Origin: the human T2T-CHM13v2.0 reference genome, Homo sapiens
Strand: one strand, 5' to 3'
Assembly: GCF_009914755.1 (NCBI RefSeq)
Contig: NC_060938.1
Length of the DNA stretch: 64,000 bases
Under the pieces are notes generated by a model that saw nothing but the letters and a program-made list of their open reading frames with translations, did not search any database and was not told the DNA's origin. How positions within the stretch are numbered: the stretch's first letter is position 1; each line of letters begins with the position of its first letter. A program made the position numbers and the translations under genes. Below, in pieces: positions 13,601 through 28,600 of this stretch.

Positions 13601-16600
13601 AATGCAGACATCACAGAGCAGTTTCTGAGAATGCTTCTGTCTAGATTTTATAGGAAGATATTCCCGTTTCCAACGAAATCTTCACAGCTATCCAAATATC
13701 CACTTGCAGATTCTACAAAAAGAGTGTATCAAAACTGCTCTGTCAAAAGGAAGGTTCTTTTCTGTTAGGTGAGTGCATACGTCATAAAGGAGTTTCTGAG
13801 AATGTTTCTGTCTAGTGGTTATGGGAAGATATTTGCTTTTTCACCGTAGGCCTCAGAGCGCTCCAAATATCCACTTGCACATACTACAAAAAGAGTGCCT
13901 CAAAGCTGCTCTCTGAAACGGAATGTTCAACTCTATGAGTTGAATGCAAACATCGCAAAGACGTTTCTGAGAATGCTTCTGTCTAGATTTGATATGAAGA
14001 TATTCCCGTTTCCAACGAAATCTTCAAATCTATCCAAATGTCCACTTGCAGATTCAACAAAAAGTGTTTTTCAGAACTGCTCTATCAAAAGAAAGATCCA
14101 CCTCTGTTAGCTGAGTTCACACATCACAAACAAGTTTATGAGAATGCTTCTGTCTAGTTTTTATTTGAAGATATTTCCTTTCTCACCATAGAGCTGAAAG
14201 CTGTCCTAATGTTCACTTCCAGATACTACAGAAAGAGTGTTTCAAAACTGCTGTACGAAAGGGAATGTTCAACTCTGTGACTTGAATGCACACATCACAA
14301 AGAAGTTTCTGAGGATGCTGCTGTCTACTTTTTATACGTAATCCCGTTTCCAACGAAATCCTCCAAGCTATCCAAATATCCACTTGCAGATTCCACAGAA
14401 AGACTGTTTCAAAACTGCTCTGTCAATAGAAAGGTTCAACTCTGTTAGCTGCGTGCATATATCCCAAAGAAGATTCTGAGATTGCTTCTGTCTAGTTTTT
14501 ATGGGAAGATATTTCCCTTTTCACCGTAGGCGTCAAGGCGCTCCAAATGTCCACTTCCAGATACTACAAAAAGAGTGTTTCAAACCTACTCTGTGAAAGG
14601 GAATATTCAACTCTGTGACTTGAATGCACATATCACAAAGAAGTTTCTGAGAATGCTTCTGTCGAGATTTTATATGAAGATATTCCCGTTTCCAACGAAA
14701 TGCTGAAATCTATCCAAATATCCCCTCGCAGATTCTACAAAAAGAGTGTTTCAAAACTGTTCTGTGAAAAGAAAGGTTCAACTCTGTTAGTTGAGTACAC
14801 ACATCACAAACAAGTTTCACAGAATGCTTCTTTCTAGCTTGTAGGGGAAGATATTCCCTTTATCACCATGGGCCTCCAACCGTCCGAAACATCCACTTCC
14901 ATATACTACAAAAAGAGCGTTTCAAACCTGCTCTATGAAAGGCAATGTTCAACTCTGTGACTTGAATGCAGACATCACAGAGCAGTTTCTGAGAATGCTT
15001 CTGTCTAGATTTTATAGGAAGATATTCCCGTTTCCAACGAAATCTTCACAGCTATCCAAATATCCACTTGCAGATTCTACAAAAAGAGTGTATCAAAACT
15101 GCTCTGTCAAAAGGAAGGTTCTTCTCTGTTAGGTGAGTGCATACGTCATAAAGGAGTTTCTGAGAATGTTTCTGTCTAGTGGTTATGGGAAGATATTTGC
15201 TTTTTCACCGTAGGCCTCAGAGCGCTCCAAATATCCACTTGCACATACTACAAAAAGAGTGCTTCAAAGCTGCTCTCTGAAACGGAATGTTCAACTCTAT
15301 GAGTTGAATGCAAACATCACAAACACGTTTCTGAGAATGCTTCTGTCTAGATTTGATATGAAGATATTCCCGTTTCCAACGAAATCTTCAAATCTATCCA
15401 AATGTCCACTTGCAGATTCAACAAAAAGTGTTTTTCAGAACTGCTCTATCAAAAGAAAGATCCACCTCTGTTAGCTGAGTTCACACATCACAAACAAGTT
15501 TATGAGAATGCTTCTGTCTAGTTTTTATTTGAAGATATTTCCTTTCTCACCATAGAGCTGAAAGCTGTCCTAATGTTCACTTCCAGATACTACAGAAAGA
15601 GTGTTTCAAAACTGCTGTACGAAAGGGAATGTTCAACTCTGTGACTTGAATGCACACATCACAAAGAAGTTTCTGAGGATGCTGCTGTCTACTTTTTATA
15701 CGTAATCCCGTTTCCAACGAAATCCTCCAAGCTATCCAAATATCCACTTGCAGATTCCACAGAAAGACTGTTTCAAAACTGCTCTGTCAATAGAAAGGTT
15801 CAACTCTGCTAGCTGCGTGCATATATCCCAAAGAAGATTCTGAGATTGCTTCTGTCTAGTTTTTATGGGAAGATATTTCCCTTTTCACCGTAGGCGTCAA
15901 GGCGCTCCAAATGTCCACTTCCAGATACTACAAAAAGAGTGTTTCAAACCTACTCTGTGAAAGGGAATATTCAACTCTGTGACTTGAATGCACATATCAC
16001 AAAGAAGTTTCTGAGAATGCTTCTGTCGAGATTTTATATGAAGATATTCCCGTTTCCAACGAAATGCTGAAATCTATCCAAATATCCCCTCGCAGATTCT
16101 ACAAAAAGAGTGTTTCAAAACTGCTCTGTGAAAAGAAAGGTTCAACTCTGTTAGTTGAGTACACACATCACAAACAAGTTTCACAGAATGCTTCTTTCTA
16201 GCTTGTAGGGGAAGATATTCCCTTTATCACCATGGGCCTCCAACCGTCCGAAACATCCACTTCCATATACTACAAAAAGAGCGTTTCAAACCTGCTCTAT
16301 GAAAGGCAATGTTCAACTCTGTGACTTGAATGCAGACATCACAGAGCAGTTTCTGAGAATGCTTCTGTCTAGATTTTATAGGAAGATATTCCCGTTTCCA
16401 ACGAAATCTTCACAGCTATCCAAATATCCACTTGCAGATTCTACAAAAAGAGTGTATCAAAACTGCTCTGTCAAAAGGAAGGTTCTTCTCTGTTAGGTGA
16501 GTGCATACGTCATAAAGGAGTTTCTGAGAATGTTTCTGTCTAGTGGTTATGGGAAGATATTTGCTTTTTCACCGTAGGCCTCAGAGCGCTCCAAATATCC

Positions 16601-19600
16601 ACTTGCACATACTACAAAAAGAGTGCTTCAAAGCTGCTCTCTGAAACGGAATGTTCAACTCTATGAGTTGAATGCAAACATCACAAAGACGTTTCTGAGA
16701 ATGCTTCTGTCTAGATTTGATATGAAGATATTCCCGTTTCCAACGAAATCTTCAAATCTATCCAAATGTCCACTTGCAGATTCAACAAAAAGTGTTTTTC
16801 AGAACTGCTCTATCAAAAGAAAGATCCACCTCTGTTAGCTGAGTTCACACATCACAAACAAGTTTATGAGAATGCTTCTGTCTAGTTTTTATTTGAAGAT
16901 ATTTCCTTTCTCACCATAGAGCTGAAAGCTGTCCTAATGTTCACTTCCAGATACTACAGAAAGAGTGTTTCAAAACTGCTGTACGAAAGGGAATGTTCAA
17001 CTCTGTGACTTGAATGCACACATCACAAAGAAGTTTCTGAGGATGCTGCTGTCTACTTTTTATACGTAATCCCGTTTCCAACGAAATCCTCCAAGCTATC
17101 CAAATATCCACTTGCAGATTCCACAGAAAGACTGTTTCAAAACTGCTCTGTCAATAGAAAGGTTCAACTCTGTTAGCTGCGTGCATATATCCCAAAGAAG
17201 ATTCTGAGATTGCTTCTGTCTAGTTTTTATGGGAAGATATTTCCCTTTTCACCGTAGGCGTCAAGGCGCTCCAAATGTCCACTTCCAGATACTACAAAAA
17301 GAGTGTTTCAAACCTACTCTGTGAAAGGGAATATTCAACTCTGTGACTTGAATGCACATATCACAAGGAAGTTTCTGAGAATGCTTCTGTCGAGATTTTA
17401 TATGAAGATATTCCCGTTTCCAACGAAATCCTGAAATGTATCCAAATATCCCCTTGCAGATTCTACAAAAAGAGTGTTTCAAAACTGCTCTGTAAAAAGA
17501 AAGGTTCAACTCTGTTAGTTGAGTACACACATCACAAACAAGTTTCACACAATGCTTCTTTCTAGCTTGTAGGGGAAGATATTCCCTTTATCACCATGGG
17601 CCTCAAACCGTCCGATAAGTCCACTTCCATATACTACAAAAAGAGCGTTTCAAACCTGCTCTATGAAAGGCAATGTTCAACTCTGTGACTTGAATGCAGA
17701 CATCACAGAGCAGTTTCTGAGAATGCTTCTGTCTAGATTTTATAGGAAGATATTCCCGTTTCCAACGAAATCTTCACAGCTATCCAAATATCCACTTGCA
17801 GATTCTACAAAAAGAGTGTATCAAAACTGCTCTGTCAAAAGGAAGGTTCTTTTCTGTTAGGTGAGTGCATACGTCATAAAGGAGTTTCTGAGAATGTTTC
17901 TGTCTAGTGGTTATGGGAAGATATTTGCTTTTTCACCGTAGGCCTCAGAGCGCTCCAAATATCCACTTGCACATACTACAAAAAGAGTGCCTCAAAGCTG
18001 CTCTCTGAAACGGAATGTTCAACTCTATGAGTTGAATGCAAACATCGCAAAGACGTTTCTGAGAATGCTTCTGTCTAGATTTGATATGAAGATATTCCCG
18101 TTTCCAACGAAATCTTCAAATCTATCCAAATGTCCACTTGCAGATTCAACAAAAAGTGTTTTTCAGAACTGCTCTATCAAAAGAAAGATCCACCTCTGTT
18201 AGCTGAGTTCACACATCACAAACAAGTTTATGAGAATGCTTCTGTCTAGTTTTTATTTGAAGATATTTCCTTTCTCACCATAGAGCTGAAAGCTGTCCTA
18301 ATGTTCACTTCCAGATACTACAGAAAGAGTGTTTCAAAACTGCTGTACGAAAGGGAATGTTCAACTCTGTGACTTGAATGCACACATCACAAAGAAGTTT
18401 CTGAGGATGCTGCTGTCTACTTTTTATACGTAATCCCGTTTCCAACGAAATCCTCCAAGCTATCGAAATATCCACTTGCAGATTCCACAGAAAGACTGTT
18501 TCAAAACTGCTCTGTCAATAGAAAGGTTCAACTCTGTTAGCTGCGTGCATATATCCCAAAGAAGATTCTGAGATTGCTTCTGTCTAGTTTTTATGGGAAG
18601 TTATTTCCCTTTTCACCGTAGGCGTCAAGGCGCTCCAAATGTCCACTTCCAGATACTACAAAAAGAGTGTTTCAAACCTACTCTGTGAAAGGGAATATTC
18701 AACTCTGTGACTTGAATGCACATATCACAAAGAAGTTTCTGAGAATGCTTCTGTCGAGATTTTATATGAAGATATTCCCGTTTCCAACGAAATGCTGAAA
18801 TCTATCCAAATATCCCCTCGCAGATTCTACAAAAAGAGTGTTTCAAAACTGCTCTGTGAAAAGAAAGGTTCAACTCTGTTAGTTGAGTACACACATCACA
18901 AACAAGTTTCACAGAATGCTTCTTTCTAGCTTGTAGGGGAAGATATTCCCTTTATCACCATGGGCCTCCAACCGTCCGAAACATCCACTTCCATATACTA
19001 CAAAAAGAGCGTTTCAAACCTGCTCTATGAAAGGCAATGTTCAACTCTGTGACTTGAATGCAGACATCACAGAGCAGTTTCTGAGAATGCTTCTGTCTAG
19101 ATTTTATAGGAAGATATTCCCGTTTCCAACGAAATCTTCACAGCTATCCAAATATCCACTTGCAGATTCTACAAAAAGAGTGTATCAAAACTGCTCTGTC
19201 AAAAGGAAGGTTCTTCTCTGTTAGGTGAGTGCATACGTCATAAAGGAGTTTCTGAGAATGTTTCTGTCTAGTGGTTATGGGAAGATATTTGCTTTTTCAC
19301 CGTAGGCCTCAGAGCGCTCCAAATATCCACTTGCACATACTACAAAAAGAGTGCTTCAAAGCTGCTCTCTGAAACGGAATGTTCAACTCTATGAGTTGAA
19401 TGCAAACATCACAAAGACGTTTCTGAGAATGCTTCTGTCTAGATTTGATATGAAGATATTCCCGTTTCCAACGAAATCTTCAAATCTATCCAAATGTCCA
19501 CTTGCAGATTCAACAAAAAGTGTTTTTCAGAACTGCTCTATCAAAAGAAAGATCCACCTCTGTTAGCTGAGTTCACACATCACAAACAAGTTTATGAGAA

Positions 19601-22600
19601 TGCTTCTGTCTAGTTTTTATTTGAAGATATTTCCTTTCTCACCATAGAGCTGAAAGCTGTCCTAATGTTCACTTCCAGATACTACAGAAAGAGTGTTTCA
19701 AAACTGCTGTACGAAAGGGAATGTTCAACTCTGTGACTTGAATGCACACATCACAAAGAAGTTTCTGAGGATGCTGCTGTCTACTTTTTATACGTAATCC
19801 CGTTTCCAACGAAATCCTCCAAGCTATCCAAATATCCACTTGCAGATTCCACAGAAAGACTGTTTCAAAACTGCTCTGTCAATAGAAAGGTTCAACTCTG
19901 TTAGCTGCATGCATATATCCCAAAGAAGATTCTGAGATTGCTTCTGTCTAGTTTTTATGGGAAGATATTTCCCTTTTCACCGTAGGCGTCAAGGCGCTCC
20001 AAATGTCCACTTCCAGATACTACAAAAAGAGTGTTTCAAACCTACTCTGTGAAAGGGAATATTCAACTCTGTGACTTGAATGCACATATCACAAGGAAGT
20101 TTCTGAGAATGCTTCTGTCGAGATTTTATATGAAGATATTCCCGTTTCCAACGAAATCCTGAAATGTATCCAAATATCCCCTTGCAGATTCTACAAAAAG
20201 AGTGTTTCAAAACTGCTCTGTAAAAAGAAAGGTTCAACTCTGTTAGTTGAGTACACACATCACAAACAAGTTTCACACAATGCTTCTTTCTAGCTTGTAG
20301 GGGAAGATATTCCCTTTATCACCATGGGCCTCAAACCGTCCGATAAGTCCACTTCCATATACTACAAAAAGAGCGTTTCAAACCTGCTCTATGAAAGGCA
20401 ATGTTCAACTCTGTGACTTGAATGCAGACATCACAGAGCAGTTTCTGAGAATGCTTCTGTCTAGATTTTATAGGAAGATATTCCCGTTTCCAACGAAATC
20501 TTCACAGCTATCCAAATATCCACTTGCAGATTCTACAAAAAGAGTGTATCAAAACTGCTCTGTCAAAAGGAAGGTTCTTTTCTGTTAGGTGAGTGCATAC
20601 GTCATAAAGGAGTTTCTGAGAATGTTTCTGTCTAGTGGTTATGGGAAGATATTTGCTTTTTCACCGTAGGCCTCAGAGCGCTCCAAATATCCACTTGCAC
20701 ATACTACAAAAAGAGTGCCTCAAAGCTGCTCTCTGAAACGGAATGTTCAACTCTATGAGTTGAATGCAAACATCGCAAAGACGTTTCTGAGAATGCTTCT
20801 GTCTAGATTTGATATGAAGATATTCCCGTTTCCAACGAAATCTTCAAATCTATCCAAATGTCCACTTGCAGATTCAACAAAAAGTGTTTTTCAGAACTGC
20901 TCTATCAAAAGAAAGATCCACCTCTGTTAGCTGAGTTCACACATCACAAACAAGTTTATGAGAATGCTTCTGTCTAGTTTTTATTTGAAGATATTTCCTT
21001 TCTCACCATAGAGCTGAAAGCTGTCCTAATGTTCACTTCCAGATACTACAGAAAGAGTGTTTCAAAACTGCTGTACGAAAGGGAATGTTCAACTCTGTGA
21101 CTTGAATGCACACATCACAAAGAAGTTTCTGAGGATGCTGCTGTCTACTTTTTATACGTAATCCCGTTTCCAACGAAATCCTCCAAGCTATCCAAATATC
21201 CACTTGCAGATTCCACAGAAAGACTGTTTCAAAACTGCTCTGTCAATAGAAAGGTTCAACTCTGTTAGCTGCGTGCATATATCCCAAAGAAGATTCTGAG
21301 ATTGCTTCTGTCTAGTTTTTATGGGAAGATATTTCCCTTTTCACCGTAGGCGTCAAGGCGCTCCAAATGTCCACTTCCAGATACTACAAAAAGAGTGTTT
21401 CAAACCTACTCTGTGAAAGGGAATATTCAACTCTGTGACTTGAATGCACATATCACAAAGAAGTTTCTGAGAATGCTTCTGTCGAGATTTTATATGAAGA
21501 TATTCCCGTTTCCAACGAAATGCTGAAATCTATCCAAATATCCCCTCGCAGATTCTACAAAAAGAGTGTTTCAAAACTGCTCTGTGAAAAGAAAGGTTCA
21601 ACTCTGTTAGTTGAGTACACACATCACAAACAAGTTTCACAGAATGCTTCTTTCTAGCTTGTAGGGGAAGATATTCCCTTTATCACCATGGGCCTCCAAC
21701 CGTCCGAAACATCCACTTCCATATACTACAAAAAGAGCGTTTCAAACCTGCTCTATGAAAGGCAATGTTCAACTCTGTGACTTGAATGCAGACATCACAG
21801 AGCAGTTTCTGAGAATGCTTCTGTCTAGATTTTATAGGAAGATATTCCCGTTTCCAACGAAATCTTCACAGCTATCCAAATATCCACTTGCAGATTCTAC
21901 AAAAAGAGTGTATCAAAACTGCTCTGTCAAAAGGAAGGTTCTTCTCTGTTAGGTGAGTGCATACGTCATAAAGGAGTTTCTGAGAATGTTTCTGTCTAGT
22001 GGTTATGGGAAGATATTTGCTTTTTCACCGTAGGCCTCAGAGCGCTCCAAATATCCACTTGCACATACTACAAAAAGAGTGCTTCAAAGCTGCTCTCTGA
22101 AACGGAATGTTCAACTCTATGAGTTGAATGCAAACATCACAAAGACGTTTCTGAGAATGCTTCTGTCTAGATTTGATATGAAGATATTCCCGTTTCCAAC
22201 GAAATCTTCAAATCTATCCAAATGTCCACTTGCAGATTCAACAAAAAGTGTTTTTCAGAACTGCTCTATCAAAAGAAAGATCCACCTCTGTTAGCTGAGT
22301 TCACACATCACAAACAAGTTTATGAGAATGCTTCTGTCTAGTTTTTATTTGAAGATATTTCCTTTCTCACCATAGAGCTGAAAGCTGTCCTAATGTTCAC
22401 TTCCAGATACTACAGAAAGAGTGTTTCAAAACTGCTGTACGAAAGGGAATGTTCAACTCTGTGACTTGAATGCACACATCACAAAGAAGTTTCTGAGGAT
22501 GCTGCTGTCTACTTTTTATACGTAATCCCGTTTCCAACGAAATCCTCCAAGCTATCCAAATATCCACTTGCAGATTCCACAGAAAGACTGTTTCAAAACT

Positions 22601-25600
22601 GCTCTGTCAATAGAAAGGTTCAACTCTGCTAGCTGCGTGCATATATCCCAAAGAAGATTCTGAGATTGCTTCTGTCTAGTTTTTATGGGAAGATATTTCC
22701 CTTTTCACCGTAGGCGTCAAGGCGCTCCAAATGTCCACTTCCAGATACTACAAAAAGAGTGTTTCAAACCTACTCTGTGAAAGGGAATATTCAACTCTGT
22801 GACTTGAATGCACATATCACAAAGAAGTTTCTGAGAATGCTTCTGTCGAGATTTTATATGAAGATATTCCCGTTTCCAACGAAATGCTGAAATCTATCCA
22901 AATATCCCCTCGCAGATTCTACAAAAAGAGTGTTTCAAAACTGCTCTGTGAAAAGAAAGGTTCAACTCTGTTAGTTGAGTACACACATCACAAACAAGTT
23001 TCACAGAATGCTTCTTTCTAGCTTGTAGGGGAAGATATTCCCTTTATCACCATGGGCCTCCAACCGTCCGAAACATCCACTTCCATATACTACAAAAAGA
23101 GCGTTTCAAACCTGCTCTATGAAAGGCAATGTTCAACTCTGTGACTTGAATGCAGACATCACAGAGCAGTTTCTGAGAATGCTTCTGTCTAGATTTTATA
23201 GGAAGATATTCCCGTTTCCAACGAAATCTTCACAGCTATCCAAATATCCACTTGCAGATTCTACAAAAAGAGTGTATCAAAACTGCTCTGTCAAAAGGAA
23301 GGTTCTTCTCTGTTAGGTGAGTGCATACGTCATAAAGGAGTTTCTGAGAATGTTTCTGTCTAGTGGTTATGGGAAGATATTTGCTTTTTCACCGTAGGCC
23401 TCAGAGCGCTCCAAATATCCACTTGCACATACTACAAAAAGAGTGCTTCAAAGCTGCTCTCTGAAACGGAATGTTCAACTCTATGAGTTGAATGCAAACA
23501 TCACAAAGACGTTTCTGAGAATGCTTCTGTCTAGATTTGATATGAAGATATTCCCGTTTCCAACGAAATCTTCAAATCTATCCAAATGTCCACTTGCAGA
23601 TTCAACAAAAAGTGTTTTTCAGAACTGCTCTATCAAAAGAAAGATCCACCTCTGTTAGCTGAGTTCACACATCACAAACAAGTTTATGAGAATGCTTCTG
23701 TCTAGTTTTTATTTGAAGATATTTCCTTTCTCACCATAGAGCTGAAAGCTGTCCTAATGTTCACTTCCAGATACTACAGAAAGAGTGTTTCAAAACTGCT
23801 GTACGAAAGGGAATGTTCAACTCTGTGACTTGAATGCACACATCACAAAGAAGTTTCTGAGGATGCTGCTGTCTACTTTTTATACGTAATCCCGTTTCCA
23901 ACGAAATCCTCCAAGCTATCCAAATATCCACTTGCAGATTCCACAGAAAGACTGTTTCAAAACTGCTCTGTCAATAGAAAGGTTCAACTCTGTTAGCTGC
24001 GTGCATATATCCCAAAGAAGATTCTGAGATTGCTTCTGTCTAGTTTTTATGGGAAGATATTTCCCTTTTCACCGTAGGCGTCAAGGCGCTCCAAATGTCC
24101 ACTTCCAGATACTACAAAAAGAGTGTTTCAAACCTACTCTGTGAAAGGGAATATTCAACTCTGTGACTTGAATGCACATATCACAAGGAAGTTTCTGAGA
24201 ATGCTTCTGTCGAGATTTTATATGAAGATATTCCCGTTTCCAACGAAATCCTGAAATGTATCCAAATATCCCCTTGCAGATTCTACAAAAAGAGTGTTTC
24301 AAAACTGCTCTGTAAAAAGAAAGGTTCAACTCTGTTAGTTGAGTACACACATCACAAACAAGTTTCACACAATGCTTCTTTCTAGCTTGTAGGGGAAGAT
24401 ATTCCCTTTATCACCATGGGCCTCAAACCGTCCGATAAGTCCACTTCCATATACTACAAAAAGAGCGTTTCAAACCTGCTCTATGAAAGGCAATGTTCAA
24501 CTCTGTGACTTGAATGCAGACATCACAGAGCAGTTTCTGAGAATGCTTCTGTCTAGATTTTATAGGAAGATATTCCCGTTTCCAACGAAATCTTCACAGC
24601 TATCCAAATATCCACTTGCAGATTCTACAAAAAGAGTGTATCAAAACTGCTCTGTCAAAAGGAAGGTTCTTTTCTGTTAGGTGAGTGCATACGTCATAAA
24701 GGAGTTTCTGAGAATGTTTCTGTCTAGTGGTTATGGGAAGATATTTGCTTTTTCACCGTAGGCCTCAGAGCGCTCCAAATATCCACTTGCACATACTACA
24801 AAAAGAGTGCCTCAAAGCTGCTCTCTGAAACGGAATGTTCAACTCTATGAGTTGAATGCAAACATCGCAAAGACGTTTCTGAGAATGCTTCTGTCTAGAT
24901 TTGATATGAAGATATTCCCGTTTCCAACGAAATCTTCAAATCTATCCAAATGTCCACTTGCAGATTCAACAAAAAGTGTTTTTCAGAACTGCTCTATCAA
25001 AAGAAAGATCCACCTCTGTTAGCTGAGTTCACACATCACAAACAAGTTTATGAGAATGCTTCTGTCTAGTTTTTATTTGAAGATATTTCCTTTCTCACCA
25101 TAGAGCTGAAAGCTGTCCTAATGTTCACTTCCAGATACTACAGAAAGAGTGTTTCAAAACTGCTGTACGAAAGGGAATGTTCAACTCTGTGACTTGAATG
25201 CACACATCACAAAGAAGTTTCTGAGGATGCTGCTGTCTACTTTTTATACGTAATCCCGTTTCCAACGAAATCCTCCAAGCTATCCAAATATCCACTTGCA
25301 GATTCCACAGAAAGACTGTTTCAAAACTGCTCTGTCAATAGAAAGGTTCAACTCTGTTAGCTGCGTGCATATATCCCAAAGAAGATTCTGAGATTGCTTC
25401 TGTCTAGTTTTTATGGGAAGATATTTCCCTTTTCACCGTAGGCGTCAAGGCGCTCCAAATGTCCACTTCCAGATACTACAAAAAGAGTGTTTCAAACCTA
25501 CTCTGTGAAAGGGAATATTCAACTCTGTGACTTGAATGCACATATCACAAAGAAGTTTCTGAGAATGCTTCTGTCGAGATTTTATATGAAGATATTCCCG

Positions 25601-28600
25601 TTTCCAACGAAATGCTGAAATCTATCCAAATATCCCCTCGCAGATTCTACAAAAAGAGTGTTTCAAAACTGCTCTGTGAAAAGAAAGGTTCAACTCTGTT
25701 AGTTGAGTACACACATCACAAACAAGTTTCACAGAATGCTTCTTTCTAGCTTGTAGGGGAAGATATTCCCTTTATCACCATGGGCCTCCAACCGTCCGAA
25801 ACATCCACTTCCATATACTACAAAAAGAGCGTTTCAAACCTGCTCTATGAAAGGCAATGTTCAACTCTGTGACTTGAATGCAGACATCACAGAGCAGTTT
25901 CTGAGAATGCTTCTGTCTAGATTTTATAGGAAGATATTCCCGTTTCCAACGAAATCTTCACAGCTATCCAAATATCCACTTGCAGATTCTACAAAAAGAG
26001 TGTATCAAAACTGCTCTGTCAAAAGGAAGGTTCTTCTCTGTTAGGTGAGTGCATACGTCATAAAGGAGTTTCTGAGAATGTTTCTGTCTAGTGGTTATGG
26101 GAAGATATTTGCTTTTTCACCGTAGGCCTCAGAGCGCTCCAAATATCCACTTGCACATACTACAAAAAGAGTGCTTCAAAGCTGCTCTCTGAAACGGAAT
26201 GTTCAACTCTATGAGTTGAATGCAAACATCACAAACACGTTTCTGAGAATGCTTCTGTCTAGATTTGATATGAAGATATTCCCGTTTCCAACGAAATCTT
26301 CAAATCTATCCAAATGTCCACTTGCAGATTCAACAAAAAGTGTTTTTCAGAACTGCTCTATCAAAAGAAAGATCCACCTCTGTTAGCTGAGTTCACACAT
26401 CACAAACAAGTTTATGAGAATGCTTCTGTCTAGTTTTTATTTGAAGATATTTCCTTTCTCACCATAGAGCTGAAAGCTGTCCTAATGTTCACTTCCAGAT
26501 ACTACAGAAAGAGTGTTTCAAAACTGCTGTACGAAAGGGAATGTTCAACTCTGTGACTTGAATGCACACATCACAAAGAAGTTTCTGAGGATGCTGCTGT
26601 CTACTTTTTATACGTAATCCCGTTTCCAACGAAATCCTCCAAGCTATCCAAATATCCACTTGCAGATTCCACAGAAAGACTGTTTCAAAACTGCTCTGTC
26701 AATAGAAAGGTTCAACTCTGCTAGCTGCGTGCATATATCCCAAAGAAGATTCTGAGATTGCTTCTGTCTAGTTTTTATGGGAAGATATTTCCCTTTTCAC
26801 CGTAGGCGTCAAGGCGCTCCAAATGTCCACTTCCAGATACTACAAAAAGAGTGTTTCAAACCTACTCTGTGAAAGGGAATATTCAACTCTGTGACTTGAA
26901 TGCACATATCACAAAGAAGTTTCTGAGAATGCTTCTGTCGAGATTTTATATGAAGATATTCCCGTTTCCAACGAAATGCTGAAATCTATCCAAATATCCC
27001 CTCGCAGATTCTACAAAAAGAGTGTTTCAAAACTGCTCTGTGAAAAGAAAGGTTCAACTCTGTTAGTTGAGTACACACATCACAAACAAGTTTCACAGAA
27101 TGCTTCTTTCTAGCTTGTAGGGGAAGATATTCCCTTTATCACCATGGGCCTCCAACCGTCCGAAACATCCACTTCCATATACTACAAAAAGAGCGTTTCA
27201 AACCTGCTCTATGAAAGGCAATGTTCAACTCTGTGACTTGAATGCAGACATCACAGAGCAGTTTCTGAGAATGCTTCTGTCTAGATTTTATAGGAAGATA
27301 TTCCCGTTTCCAACGAAATCTTCACAGCTATCCAAATATCCACTTGCAGATTCTACAAAAAGAGTGTATCAAAACTGCTCTGTCAAAAGGAAGGTTCTTC
27401 TCTGTTAGGTGAGTGCATACGTCATAAAGGAGTTTCTGAGAATGTTTCTGTCTAGTGGTTATGGGAAGATATTTGCTTTTTCACCGTAGGCCTCAGAGCG
27501 CTCCAAATATCCACTTGCACATACTACAAAAAGAGTGCTTCAAAGCTGCTCTCTGAAACGGAATGTTCAACTCTATGAGTTGAATGCAAACATCACAAAG
27601 ACGTTTCTGAGAATGCTTCTGTCTAGATTTGATATGAAGATATTCCCGTTTCCAACGAAATCTTCAAATCTATCCAAATGTCCACTTGCAGATTCAACAA
27701 AAAGTGTTTTTCAGAACTGCTCTATCAAAAGAAAGATCCACCTCTGTTAGCTGAGTTCACACATCACAAACAAGTTTATGAGAATGCTTCTGTCTAGTTT
27801 TTATTTGAAGATATTTCCTTTCTCACCATAGAGCTGAAAGCTGTCCTAATGTTCACTTCCAGATACTACAGAAAGAGTGTTTCAAAACTGCTGTACGAAA
27901 GGGAATGTTCAACTCTGTGACTTGAATGCACACATCACAAAGAAGTTTCTGAGGATGCTGCTGTCTACTTTTTATACGTAATCCCGTTTCCAACGAAATC
28001 CTCCAAGCTATCCAAATATCCACTTGCAGATTCCACAGAAAGACTGTTTCAAAACTGCTCTGTCAATAGAAAGGTTCAACTCTGTTAGCTGCATGCATAT
28101 ATCCCAAAGAAGATTCTGAGATTGCTTCTGTCTAGTTTTTATGGGAAGATATTTCCCTTTTCACCGTAGGCGTCAAGGCGCTCCAAATGTCCACTTCCAG
28201 ATACTACAAAAAGAGTGTTTCAAACCTACTCTGTGAAAGGGAATATTCAACTCTGTGACTTGAATGCACATATCACAAGGAAGTTTCTGAGAATGCTTCT
28301 GTCGAGATTTTATATGAAGATATTCCCGTTTCCAACGAAATCCTGAAATGTATCCAAATATCCCCTTGCAGATTCTACAAAAAGAGTGTTTCAAAACTGC
28401 TCTGTAAAAAGAAAGGTTCAACTCTGTTAGTTGAGTACACACATCACAAACAAGTTTCACACAATGCTTCTTTCTAGCTTGTAGGGGAAGATATTCCCTT
28501 TATCACCATGGGCCTCAAACCGTCCGATAAGTCCACTTCCATATACTACAAAAAGAGCGTTTCAAACCTGCTCTATGAAAGGCAATGTTCAACTCTGTGA

